The notes below the pieces were generated by a model. That model was given only the letters and a program-made list of their open reading frames with translations, ran no database searches and was not told the origin of the DNA. Positions 11,134 through 23,399 of a stretch of 64,000 nt of DNA are shown one piece after another. The position numbers were made by a program, and so were the translations under genes. The stretch lies in NCBI RefSeq assembly GCF_963676685.1, contig NC_092347.1, forward strand, positions 99,014,001 to 99,078,000. The letters are read 5' to 3'. This DNA is from Mytilus edulis (taxonomy: Eukaryota). Position 1 is the stretch's first letter. Every line of letters starts with the position of its first letter.

Positions 11134-13633
11134 TTAATATCCTGTAAAATAAAATATATTATTGTAAACTTGTAAAGAAAAGAAACTTTTGTAATACATA
11201 AAATGTTATTAATTTTACCCAATACTTGTTTTCTATTTTGTTACTTAATATCTCTATTATTTCGGTATCAACTATAATATATAGAATACGTCAATAAAAT
11301 ATAAAAAGATGTGGTATAATTGCAAATGAGACATCTCTCCACAAAATGACACTGAAATTACCAACTATAGGTCACCGTACGGCTAAACGTATTGATTTTG
11401 TCGCAAATATAAATATTGCTGTACTTAAACATTTACCTACTCTTACCGTTGATCTGATCCTCATCATTTTAATAGTAAATAAGATTTATATCTCAAACAA
11501 CATAATAATAAATCCCAATGAGCTTGAAAGCTCAAATGATACAAATGACTTATCGTACAGACATACTCAGAGCTAGATTCTTCTCTCAATTTAAATATTA
11601 AGTGCATAGTTTTGTATTTGTCCCATTATAATATACATGATTTATGAGAGCTGCTGATAATATTTAATCTGATGTATAATGGAAACCTACCTCTGTGACT
11701 CAATCCTGAGTTAGATCTCCATCCCGAATTAGATCTCCATCCTAAATTAGATCTCCTTCCTGAATTAAGTCCCCATCTGTCAGAACGTCCAAATCCACTG
11801 TCAAAATGGCTGCTTCTGTATGGATCATATGTAGCTGCTCTTTTGTGTCCTAAAGAAGTTATTACTATTGTTATATCTAATCAGCATTAGTACAAGTATT
11901 AGTTCAGATGATACGATATGTTGGTGCTTTAAAAATACATGTAAATATATAGTATGTAGACCTATCATTGCACCTCATCCTATAATAATATGTATCAAAA
12001 TTATTTTGCATTTGAATTAAAGTAAATTTGGAATAAAGAAACAACGATAGTAACGTGACGTCCACAAAAAGTCAACTTTGAAAAATGAGTAATTTAGATA
12101 TGTTACATGCATATTTTAATTAAAAAGACAATAATAGTAAATATGGACTATTGTCAAATTTGTTCTAAACATGCAAAATATAAGGTAAATAAAACAAAAC
12201 ATCAGGTATTTGATATTTACTGTTCTGCAAAAGTAAAGCTTGGATACAATTTGCGAAGTACTATTTACAGACACATTTATCGTTTGGAGTTCGGTTCAAA
12301 TCGGGTTTTCTATTACTCAATATGGTTCAAGATGAAATGTGTGGACATTTATTGTTAAAAAGAATATATCTTTAAAATAAACACAGAATGGATAATTTTT
12401 TTTTAACTATATCACAAATAAAAAGTAAAATCACAAAAATACTGAACTTAGAGGAAAATCTAATGGGAAATAAAGGCAACAGTAGTATACCGCTGTTCAA
12501 AACTCATAAATCCATGGACAAAAAACAAAATCGGGATAACAAACTAAAACCGAGGGAAACGCATTAAATATAAGAGGAGAACAACGACATAACACTAAAA
12601 TGTAACACATATAGACAAAATCCCACGAGAATAACAAATATAACATATATATATAACATCAAAACCAAATACATGAATTTGGGATAGACAAGTACCGTGA
12701 CACGTCTTATCGCAATGTGAATTTACACTCAAAAATAAGAGAAAACAAACGACACAACGTTATAATGTAATACACACAGAAACGAACTATAATATAACAA
12801 TGACCATATTCCTGACTTGGTACAGGGCATTTTTAAAGGAAAAAATGGTGGGTTGAACCTGGTTTTGTGGCATGCCAAACCTCGCACTTTTATGGCCATG
12901 TGAAATATAACATCAAAATGACAACACAGGACTACAATATAAATAAATTGGAGAACACAATTGACAAAGAATCACACGAACAACAGCCAACAAAAGGCAA
13001 CAAGTTCAAAATTTTAATACGCCAGAAGTGTATTTTGTCCACACAAGACCTATGTGTGACGCACAGATACAAAAGTTTGAAAGCCGAAACGAGTACAAAG
13101 TTGAACAGCATCGAGGACCAAAAGATCAAAAAAAAGTCTATAATCACATGGCAAAATAAAATAACAGAAATAAAATAATCGAAGGCAAAAATCTGCCAAA
13201 AAGGTGCAATTTGGGTAACCTAATGTTCTATTAAAATGAACACTTTTCGAAATAAATACTTAATATAATACTATCTCATATTAATGCTTTTGTTGGTGAA
13301 AAAACGTCATTTGAAAACAAAAGAACGTAGATTATATATTGTAAATATGAAACCCTAATGGCAGATCATAAGGAATAACAATGGATATATGTGAATCTGT
13401 GTCTATAACAAATTATAAAGTTTATATAACTTACTTCGATATCCGCCATTTAATCCCCCTGACAGACGTCCACCATTCCAACCACTATTCCATCCATTAT
13501 TCAGCTGTCTACTATTCCATCTACTTCCTAAAACTCTGGATCCCTGTGAACCCCATGATCGTTGATTGTAACTGTTAGCAGTGACTAAAGTAACCAGCAC
13601 AGCAAACATAACAACAAAAGCTAAGGTATTCAT
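11134..13633 (-). CDS. Secreted Gly/Trp/Asn/Arg-rich prepropeptide, copy B (121 aa), close paralog of A
   Basis: Coding exons 13633-13435, 11849-11691 and 11141-11134. Exon 1 donor after 14215; TATA at 14290-14284. Protein: MNTLAFVVMFAVLVTLVTA-NSYNQRSWGSQGSRVLGSRWNSRQLNNGWNSGWNGGRLSGGLNGGY-RRHKR-AATYDPYRSSHFDSGFGRSDRWGLNSGRRSNLGWRSNSGWRSNSGLSHRGY*. Confidence 0.9.
12421..13165 (-). mobile_element. Penelope-like 3'/pLTR fragment nested in a common repeat, inserted in intron 2 of copy B
   Basis: Absent from the equivalent intron of copy A (~2845). 12470-13135 matches 23400-23527 plus 24150-24690. Contains a decayed hammerhead at 13021-13062. Confidence 0.75.
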
Positions 13634-14283
13634 GGTTTCTGAAAAAAAGAATAAATTGTATCAAAACTATTATATCAAATGTATTTTGTTTAAAACTACA
13701 ACATATGTATTTATGCTACAACAGGGAAAATTGTGATCTTTTACAAATCAAAATACAAATGAAAAAGTTGCTTCTCTAATAATATGATACAACAAAAAAC
13801 GTTTGTATAACTTTTCGAAAATGTACATTCAAATTAGTGTACACATTTATCATTTTCTCTCCTGTATGTTTCTGCGACTCAAAACATCTTACAATCAAAA
13901 TTGATCGTAAGTTATAATGATAAATGTTTGATTGACGAGTATTTTTACTATCAAGGTTTTTTTTGTGTGAAAAGAGCTATTGTATCGTTAAAAGACAATG
14001 AGAGAGAAAACAGTATAAAAATGATACATCAAAACAATGCTTTTATAATGCATTTAAAATCTAAAATATTTGTCTACAAAGTTATAACATTTATTTAATT
14101 GAAAAACTAGTAAGCCAGTATTATTTCGTTTATATAAAAATGATGATATGATTGAAAAAGCTGAAATGATGAAAATTTATAAATTGATATAAAAAAATAA
14201 AGTAAATAACTTACCTTTTTTTTTTTGATAGTATTTGACGAACTAGACCAGCTGTGATAGAATACACTGAGATAGCAATCCGC

Positions 14284-14419
14284 TTTTATACTATTTTTTG
14301 TCAGGAAATACTTCTAAATGGGGAATTTTTTAAAACCCATACCACACAAGTAAACTACGTAGGTTTATAAACAATTAAATGTTGTAAAGGTTACAACTTT
14401 GACTAAGATGTCAATGTTA
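14284..14419 (-). promoter_or_regulatory. Proximal promoter of copy B
   Basis: TATA at 14284-14290, CTACGTAG at 14355-14362 and TGTCAATGTTA at 14409-14419. Confidence 0.7.
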
Positions 14420-15103
14420 TTGGCTAGTAGATCTTATGTCTTTTATGTTAAGTTAATGAGCACATCTGTCATATACAAATTACGTATTTTAAAATCATTA
14501 TGCATTCAGTTTTACTATAATGGTAAGTATAAATTTTAAAGATCAGTACCAAAAATATAGATATTTTACTTTCTTCCTGTTACTTTTTCACTGTTTCACA
14601 TTTCCATAATTAATCAACAAAAAATCGAAAAGAATACGTTCATATTTATACTATGTTTTCTTTTAAACTGAAAATAAAACTGAACACACATTTTTTTACG
14701 CCACTTGTACTTTTTTTTGCTGATGCAAATGCATTTAATTGGGCTATTAGAAAATAATATTTTATGAGAAATGATTAAAAGATTGGAAAATTATATTTTT
14801 TATTATACCTAGTAATTTAAAGTTTTCTGTATATATGTGTCTTTAAATTGTTAGCGAAGCTTATCTAAAATGCAATAAATAATCTCTATATATGGTCAGA
14901 AAATTTAATAGTAGATCGAAGCATAAACAGAATAATTAAAAGAGTCATCATTTTTTATTCAATCTTTTCCTCTGAGTAAAACAACTCTAAACATTGGAAA
15001 CAATATTTTAAAAGAATTGGAATAATAGTTCTTTAAAATTTAGGATGTTTCCTATTATCAAAATATCCGAAATTTAAAAAAGAAATGCAAGGTATTGAAT
15101 TAA

Positions 15104-15264
15104 GAAATATTTGATGCAAGCTATACTTATTTGTATTTTTAACATGGGTAGGCATTATATTCATGATTCTTTTTGCCCGAGCGATAGTGAGGGTTAAAAT
15201 AACACGAATATAATACCTACCCATGTTAACACTACAACAAAGTATAGCTTGCATTAATTATTTC
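15104..15264. mobile_element. Foldback hairpin element (non-autonomous DNA transposon, possibly Crypton-like)
   Basis: TGCAAGCTATACTT..TTAACATGGGTAGG pairs with CCTACCCATGTTAA..AAGTATAGCTTGCA. Confidence 0.5.
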
Positions 15265-15309
15265 GATTCTGATTAGGAAAATTACGGTAATTTAAATGTC
15301 CGATGTATA

Positions 15310-16460
15310 TAACTCATTATTTATAGTCGGGCATGATATGTACAATTCAACAAGGTAAACATGAGCTCTGTAGAGCTCTTAACCGACTTGATCCTTAAAA
15401 CAAATAACAAATTAAAAATTATCAGCACATTTGACAGACTACACATACAAATAAAACACATGCATAATATAATAGCAAAGCAAACATGCATAAATCAAAG
15501 CAAGCTAGCTAAAAGAAAGGAAAAGCAAATTTTGCTTTAACTGGCACAATGACATAAGCTAAGCAAATAAATAAAAATAAAGGCAAACAATAAACAGAAC
15601 ATAGGGCCAGACGATTCCAGCTCTGAGAACAGCAAAGTTAATGTCTACATGAGCTACAGAAGCAGTTTTCTGAAGAACACCATGAACAAATAAAATGTTT
15701 GAACTGTTCCAAAGTTGAGAGGCTCCGTGCATGGTTAGGCAGGGAGTTCCACAACTTTGTTGCCTCAAAGCTAAAACTCATTTTGCCATAACTTGTAGTT
15801 CTTGGTTGTGGTATATCAACTGTGCGTTTATATCTAAAATTATATGAGTTATCTTTAAAATTCATTATATTGTGTAAAAACCCAGTACTGGATTTTATCA
15901 AAATTTTTAAGTTTCTAATGCCATGGTTCTCATGCGACTGATTTTAAGATTTGGTAATTTAGATTGTTCAAGTAGTTGTTCATATGATTTATTGTAGTCA
16001 TTGTAGATGAATCTGAGCGCTCGTTCTTGCAGTTTTTCAAAAAAAAATTGTTGTTGCGCTCGCTACAAAAATGCCATGCGAGTGGACAGTAACTTAAGTG
16101 ATTAAAGAATGGTAAATTGTCATTTTTGCCTGTTTGTTAAAGTGTTCAGAACATTTAACTGTCTGGCTGCTTTTTCGCATATATTAGATATGTGTTGGTT
16201 AAAGTCAAGCTTAAAATCAATGGTTACTTCAAGTAGTTTGACTTCATCATCGCATTTGATTTTGTTTCCATTTAAGTTAAAGACTATGTTGTTTTTGTGT
16301 GTTTTATTACCAATCGCTATGGCTTGAAATTTTTCTGGATTAGCCTGCATTTTATTTTGTAAAAAACCATGAGATTAATAAACCACTATCTTCCTCCAAG
16401 GATTTAATAACTGATGCACAAGAAGATCCAGATTTTGAAAGGGTATTGTCATCTGCATCT
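15310..16460 (-). mobile_element. 5'-truncated, decayed CR1-group LINE (RT C-terminus and 3' UTR)
   Basis: Fragments ADDNTL (~16455), MQANPEKFQAI..LLEVTIDFKLDFNQHISNICEKAARQLNVL, YCPLAWHFCS, QERALRFIYND and YGKMSFSFEATKLWNSLP, broken by frameshifts. Confidence 0.85.
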
Positions 16461-17059
16461 GTTTAAGTGTAGAACATTTGTGTGGGCTCTTTCATTAACC
16501 TCCCGTGTTTATTTATAAAGAGACAAACGACTGTCACTGTGATTTTTCAGAGGGAGGAGTTTTTGGTAGCCAGCATGAACGGTTGTCTTTTATAGATCAA
16601 ATATGTCAATTTCGACAAGCAACACATTACAGTCATGATAAAATAAATAGTAATAACATGTGCATCATTCAAGACTTTGGAAGTGTTTTAATTAATAAAA
16701 TATATTAAATGCATGCAAATTTGATAAAATTCATTATTCTTCAGTAGTCAATATACGCATGTGCAAACAAATTTTATTGTATTTAGGGCATGGCTTTATT
16801 CACAAAGCGAAAGAAGAACGTCATATTAGAATACCGTATAAGTTTCGAAATGAATATCTTATATGCAAGGGAAGTTGGTTAATTATGTTAATTCACTTAA
16901 GATGGGGAGAATTGATAGTTTCAAAATTAAAATTTTCTTTTTGTAATATATTCTGCTACGGAGGTGACCGATTATGTCAAATTCGAGGTATAAGTCTAAA
17001 AAGAAGGCATTGGAAGCCTAGTCTCTTGTTTTTTTAATTTCTAGTTATTTATGATATAT

Positions 17060-17210
17060 TAATAAACTCATCATAGATACCAGGACTAAATTTTGTATAT
17101 ACGCCAGATGCGCGTTTCGTCTACAAAAGACTCATCAGTGACGCTCGAATCCAAAAAGGTCAAAAAGGCCAAATAAAGTACGAAGTTGACGAGCATTGAG
17201 GACCAAAATA
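17060..17210 (-). mobile_element. Solo fragment of the hammerhead repeat
   Basis: Reverse complement of the 7-8 kb unit. Hammerhead at 17144-17101 has an intact CTGATGA/GAAA core, a stem III mismatch and an AUC site. Confidence 0.75.
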
Positions 17211-17699
17211 GAACCCTAATAGAACAAAATGGATTATAAATCTATGGAAAAAGTAAAAAAAAATATACCGAATTCCCATGACTATTCAAGTCCCGAATCA
17301 ACTATCAAAATCAACAGCTTAAACACAGTAACGAATCAAACGAACATCATAAATATATCTAAATGTTAAAGCAAATGTTCTGGTTTTAACATGTTCTCCT
17401 TTTTTAAAAGTGCTGGAAGGAACCCTGGCTCATACAAAAGTAAGAAGATGTTGAAAAGAAGAGGTGCAAAGTTCGTTCGATAGGAATTCCGACATTTTAT
17501 TCATAAATTTAAGGCTCTATACACAATTACATTGTGATTTCTCATTTGTATTTTTCTACTGTAACAGTTAAACTTCCAAACACCACAATCTTTGTATCTA
17601 AAACAGGATGTATTTGCTAGTATTTGACTCTATTATTACAAATTCATTAATATTTTAATGCCTATAAGGTTTTGTGTTTCTTAATGTCATATACACAAA

Positions 17700-17890
17700 G
17701 TTGACATGATTATTTTATGCTTTAAACTTTGTACACATTAGACTTATAAATCCTTCAGCTATATTTAACAGACTATTGACTAGAATAGATCATGCGACGT
17801 CAAAATGAAAAATCTTGTCATTTCAATGACATTTGTTCCTTTTTCGTCATAGAATAAGTCAAAGTAAGATCACTATTCATATTTTATATA
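17700..17890. promoter_or_regulatory. Conserved non-coding block (copy 2 of 3), between divergent genes B and C
   Basis: TGTCATTTCAATGACA at 17816-17831, flanked on both sides by CGTCA (CRE half-site-like). Confidence 0.5.
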
Positions 17891-19777
17891 AACCCTCATA
17901 ACAGTTCTTATCTTTTGCTTTAATACAGTAGAAAAATAATAAACAAATGAGAAAAGTTGGATTATATTTATATAACTTATGCATGGAGTTATAAATGCGA
18001 TAACAATATATTTGTTATAGCAAACAAAACGTCCATCACAGGAGGGGGTCGCTAGATCGCCACGTAGCAAATAATCGATTACTTAAGTTAACTCTATATG
18101 TTACTTATTCTTCGATTAATTTTATGTATTTTCTTTAGTAAAGGAGGTTTCTGCATACCCTGTACGTTTGTGAACGTGATCAAACTTGCTAAGAAGATGA
18201 TTATAAAACACTTTGTTGTATAAGTTTCATGGAAAACACATATGTCAAAACGGGTTGAGATTCCCTAACGTAATTGTTTACTGAAGAAAATCTTACCTTA
18301 GGTACCCTTAAGCATACAGGCACAGCAGATGAATATCTCAGGGTTGTTAAATTTATTTGTATTGTCTTAATGAACATATTTATATATGTTACAAATTCGT
18401 GAATGCACAGGTGTACGAACATCAATATATACCATAGATTTGATGGATTTTCTTGACATTTGAACTAGTGCACATTTCAGATGAGCACGTGTCGTTCAAT
18501 TAAAAAAAAAATAATGCCCTATTTAAGCTACAAGAAGCAGCCGCCACACAAGTGTCCATCTAGAAAATTGGTCTTCACTTGTTTATTTGCTGATTTTAGA
18601 TATTCTAAGAGGCCTTTGGAAGTGTAACATTTCTGAGTTTCAAACATATCAGACTAAAATGAAGCATTATGCGAGCTTCAATGATAAGTATTATTATTTG
18701 CTCTTTGGTCAGGTTTTCGTCTGTTTGGCGAAGAATTTCAAACTCGAAAATTAAAAATAAAATTTCCATTGCTTTGGCAAATCAAAAACCATGACAAAAA
18801 AAAAAAAAAAATCTATAAAACACAACATATAAAGGTGATGACAACACGAGAACGACGTTCATAATATAACATTTTAAAGAACAACATGCTTTAAATCAAA
18901 TACAATGTTTCTGTTTTGGAATCAATAATAAGGAGCTGCTTAAAAATAAGATCTTAAATCATACGTTTTGAATCGACATTTTAGTCGTTAGCTCCAATTT
19001 ATTTATCGTTTCAAAATGTGTATGCATTCAAAGTTACGACGCACTCTTTTCAGAATTACACATTATTATTTAGTCATTGTTTGTTCTGTGACTGCTTACA
19101 GCCCTCGTTTGGGTTTGATCGATTTGTATTCTTCGAATGAACAGTACGTAAAACCACAAAACTACCAAAAACTACCAATCTCCATGGAAATCAAAACGGA
19201 AAGACCATATGTAAATAGCTAGAACACATCAAACTAATGAATAATGTAAAATGCATCGATACTTCATGAAATACAAAAACAGCATTTGCATGAGTATCTA
19301 TACGATAGAAAATATGCATTTTTGAACAAATTAATGTTAACTTTATTATATTCTGATAGTATAAATTCAACGCTACCTTTTGATTTTGACTTCGTAAATT
19401 AACAAAATGACTTCTGAATTTTTGTATGAATGAAAAATTAAGTTGCTTAAACAAAAATTGGAGAAAACTTAATTGTTGATAATGGTGCGAAATTATGTAA
19501 AAAATATTCCAGATTATAATGAATATTAAAAAAATATCAATATCACATAGAATTTGCTAACATAAAACATAAAATTATTTTAACTTCATATTTCGATAGA
19601 TATTAGACCTCTTTCTACCAAAAGTAACTGTCAACATATTATTTTTGGAAGGCTGTCTATTAGTTTCTAAATTAAATTATTTCTTGTAATAGTTTACTAT
19701 CATGTTAAATAAGTAAAGTGAGGGCGTAACCTATAATTTGTAATTGACAGATTTGACCATAACATTACTTAAGCGAG

Positions 19778-19909
19778 TGACATTGACATGTTGGTCATAA
19801 CCTTCACAACCTGTAATGGTGTAATAAAATAACCTACGTAGTGTATTTGTCTAATTTTAGGTTTTATTATTCCCCAATTTATATTTCCTTGTTACAAAAT
19901 AGTATAAAA
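19778..19909 (+). promoter_or_regulatory. Proximal promoter of copy C
   Basis: TGACATTGACA at 19778-19788, CTACGTAG at 19834-19841, TATAAAA at 19903-19909. Exon 1 donor GTAAGT at 19988. Confidence 0.7.
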
Positions 19910-20506
19910 AGGGAATGCTCTCAGAGCTCTCTATCCACTTGTGTCTTACAAGCCACTCAAGTACATCAAAGGCTAAAACAATAACATGTAAGTTGTACAT
20001 TGGTTTTGTTTCTTTCATATTTATCTGTATTGTATATGAATTTTAAAGCTCTTAAATCTGAATTAATATTGTATTTAATAGGAAGAAAACTTTCTGTTGT
20101 GTTTCAAATACATCTCCTGGATGACCAATAATGTTGTCATAGCACTGTGCATATAAAACAATTGGAGGCATTAAGCCAATAGGAACAACTGTTGTCAATA
20201 TGTCAATTTGGAAAAATACATAAAGCCTTTCATACTTAGTGTATATATCTCTTACTTGATTCATAAATGAACTTATTTTTCTCATAGACACTCATACCAC
20301 ATCTTCCTTTATCTATTATAATAGAAAACGCTTTAAAAAAGATTTTGCATTATTAAAGATATTAAAGCAGAAATGTACATCCTTTTGAAATAAATCGATA
20401 GCAAAGTAAACGCCTCACATTTATGAAATTCACGATCAAATTACGTTTCTTTATCATTGTGTATTTGGTATAATAACGCCGATGTATCTTTTAGTTTACA
20501 GAAATC

Positions 20507-22122
20507 ATGAATACATTAGCAATAGTTGTCGGGCTTGCTGTGTTGGTTACTTTAGCCAGTGCTCGCAGTTATAGTTCCAATCGAGGATCATGGGATGGTC
20601 TGAATAATGGTTGGAATAATGGACGTCTGAGTAATAGTTGGAATAGTGGACGTTTGACCGGAGGCTGGAATAGTGGACATCTGGGAGGTGGATTGATTGG
20701 CGGACACAGAAGTAAGATCTTACAAACATTAAGTCTCATTACCAAACATACTTGAGAAATATCGTTAGGTTTTACTTGAATTAACTATTGTTAGGGTTGG
20801 ACAGTTCAATGTTGTTTACTACTTAACAAATGAGGCATGTCATTGTACACTCGTATGATGATCTACTCCAAAAGTGTAGCTTTTTTAACGTTAGGCACCT
20901 TACAATCAATCAATCAATCAACCATTTTTCATTTCTTTTTAATGTACGTCGAATTTGTTTTTCCTAAACATTGTAAATGTAAATAAGTTAACATTTCAAG
21001 ATTCATATACAATAAGATTAAAAGACACTGTTCTTTTTTAACTTTTGTTTTCATAGCATCAATAAACTGTAATATTATGCACGGAGATATGGAATGATAA
21101 TATACCAAATATTATAATAATTCTTAAATTTATAGGATACAGAAGAGCAGCTGTTGGGTATAGATCAGTTGATCCATACAGTCATCTAAACAGTGGATTT
21201 GGACGTTTGAACACATGGGGAATTAATTCAGGAAGGAGATCTAATTTAGGGTGGAGATCTGGTTCAAGATGGAGTCAGCTAGGTAGGTTCCGGTTATTAT
21301 CTAATTAAATGTAACCCGCATTTCTAATCTCTTATTATGTTAAATATGGATAAAAATGCAACCTTTTTTTGATTTCTTATTAAGACATAGATGTTACACC
21401 GAGTTTATAAATATAATAAGGAAACGTTGCAATATTTTAATTTTTTCAACTCTCATTAACATTGAACAAGTTAAAGGTCGATTGGCATTTATTTTAATAT
21501 AATATTCCCTAGTGAAGTGTAAGAAAACCTATCCAAATTTCTAAAAAAAAATCAGAGCAAAATACCGAAATCCAAGGTAAATTAAAAAAAGGGGAGGTAC
21601 ATAAAAACTGACAACTTGTGACGTTATCCAACAAAGGAACAAGTAAAAAAGAAATCAGCTGTCATATTCCTATGGGGCAGGATATGTCTAACCTACCAAG
21701 GTCTCTGATATTTCCACTAAATTATGATTGGATTGTTTTGCCCAGTTTTTGGTTTTCTAATTTATATATTACGTTCTGTTTTCGACTAATGAGTTTTGGT
21801 ATCTTATAGATATCTTTTATCCTTTCTTTTTCCTGACTTGTTACAGGCATTTGGCAAATAAAACTTGGTTACATACACTGAATTACACATGAAAAATAAA
21901 AGAAACTAACAAGCACATGATACGATAATATTACTTTTTCGTACTGGTTAAATATAAAATAAGGTTTTAATTTTGAGATAGAAAACAACCCAGTAATAAA
22001 CCGATTTTTTCTTACGTGGCCTCTAAGAGTTTATATCATTAATTTCATGCGTACATTATAAAATAAAACAATCAGTTTATCTTCGAATTTACAAAAAGTA
22101 CTTTTATTTTACAGGATATTGA
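20507..22122 (+). CDS. Secreted Gly/Trp/Asn/Arg-rich prepropeptide, copy C (119 aa)
   Basis: Coding exons 20507-20711, 21136-21282 and 22115-22122, 360 nt in total; AATAAA at 22200-22205. Protein: MNTLAIVVGLAVLVTLASA-RSYSSNRGSWDGLNNGWNNGRLSNSWNSGRLTGGWNSGHLGGGLIGGH-RRYRR-AAVGYRSVDPYSHLNSGFGRLNTWGINSGRRSNLGWRSGSRWSQLGY*. Confidence 0.9.
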
Positions 22123-22999
22123 GTAAAGAGGAGGATATAAGGAGGACATTACAACTTCTGAACATGACATTAATAATCCGTAGATTTTATACTTTTAAAA
22201 ATAAAACTATAAATATAATATGCATTTGTACATTTTTTTATAATGCTGAAAATGCATTTGAAACTAAATAACAAGATATTGTTGGTGTGAGCTGTTGGTC
22301 ATGTTTATACATATAAATACGAAAAAACACACACAAACAATCACTCAAAATTATTCATATTTTCTAGAATAACCTTAAACAAACACAATCATAACATAAT
22401 GAGAGACAAGAATGCATAACTGTCTGAACACTTGAGGAGCTTTGTATGGGAGGTATGGGCTTTGCTCATTTTCGAAGGCCGTACGGTGTCCTATAGGTGG
22501 TAATTTCTGTGTCATTTGTTTTATTGTGGAGAGTTGTCTCATTGGCAATCATACTATATCTTCTATTTTATATTTGTGATAAAAATGGCCTTAAATGAAT
22601 AACCAAACTTTTTTTTTTGGAATTTCGGACCTCTGTTTTTATATTAATTTATCAATTGAGAATTGATTTACAAAAGTAGGTTATCGACTATTTTTGTTTC
22701 GAAACCACGACTGCTGAACTGATGATACCATACCATCGTGGATTTACAATATAATAAAAGATTTGGTATTATTGCAATAAGGAAACTATCCATAAAATTC
22801 ATATGAAAAACGAAATTAACAAAAAAAACATAACTCCGATGAAATTCATAGTTGACTATGTTATTCAAAACCAAATATTTGTATCTATAACAGGCTTTAA
22901 TTGCTGGCAATTGACTATGTTATAGGTGTTTTATGAATACGTTGATACTTAGAAAGAAAATCTAAGATTATTTGTATGTCAATGATATAAACACAAACT

Positions 23000-23190
23000 T
23001 GACATGATTATTTTATGCAATACATTTTGTAAACATTAGATATATATAGCATTGAGCTATATTTAACAGACTTTGACTAGAATAGATCAAGAGACGTCAA
23101 AATGAAAATGTTGTCATTTGAATGACATTTGTTACTTTGCGTCACTCTATAAGTCAAGGTATGATCTTTATTTATTTCCTTATTACCCCT
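23000..23190. promoter_or_regulatory. Conserved non-coding block (copy 3 of 3), upstream of remnant copy E
   Basis: TGTCATTTGAATGACA at 23112-23127, preceded by GACGTCAAAATGAAA as at ~17797. Confidence 0.45.
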
Positions 23191-23399
23191 CATCTCATTT
23201 CTCTTCTTCTTGTGTCATAACGGATAAAATTATAATACAATAAAATAAAATGAAAAATTAAATGAATAACGTTTGAAGGTTCTTTTTCACATTGAGTTCT
23301 AAAAGAATTGAATAAAAAGTAAATTAACAAAAATACCAAACTCCGAGGAAAATTTAAAACGTAAATTCCATAATCAAATGGCAAAATGAAAAATGCAAA

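Noticed and set aside
11691-13633. Positive selection between copies A and B
   Set aside because: My hand count is about 11 replacement versus 7 silent differences. That does not exceed neutral expectation given more replacement sites; a formal test is needed.
20507-20711. Calling the family mfp-3 or myticalin
   Set aside because: The resemblance is compositional only (GWN motifs). The peptides are Tyr-poor and Pro-poor with a different precursor layout, so no gene symbol was assigned.
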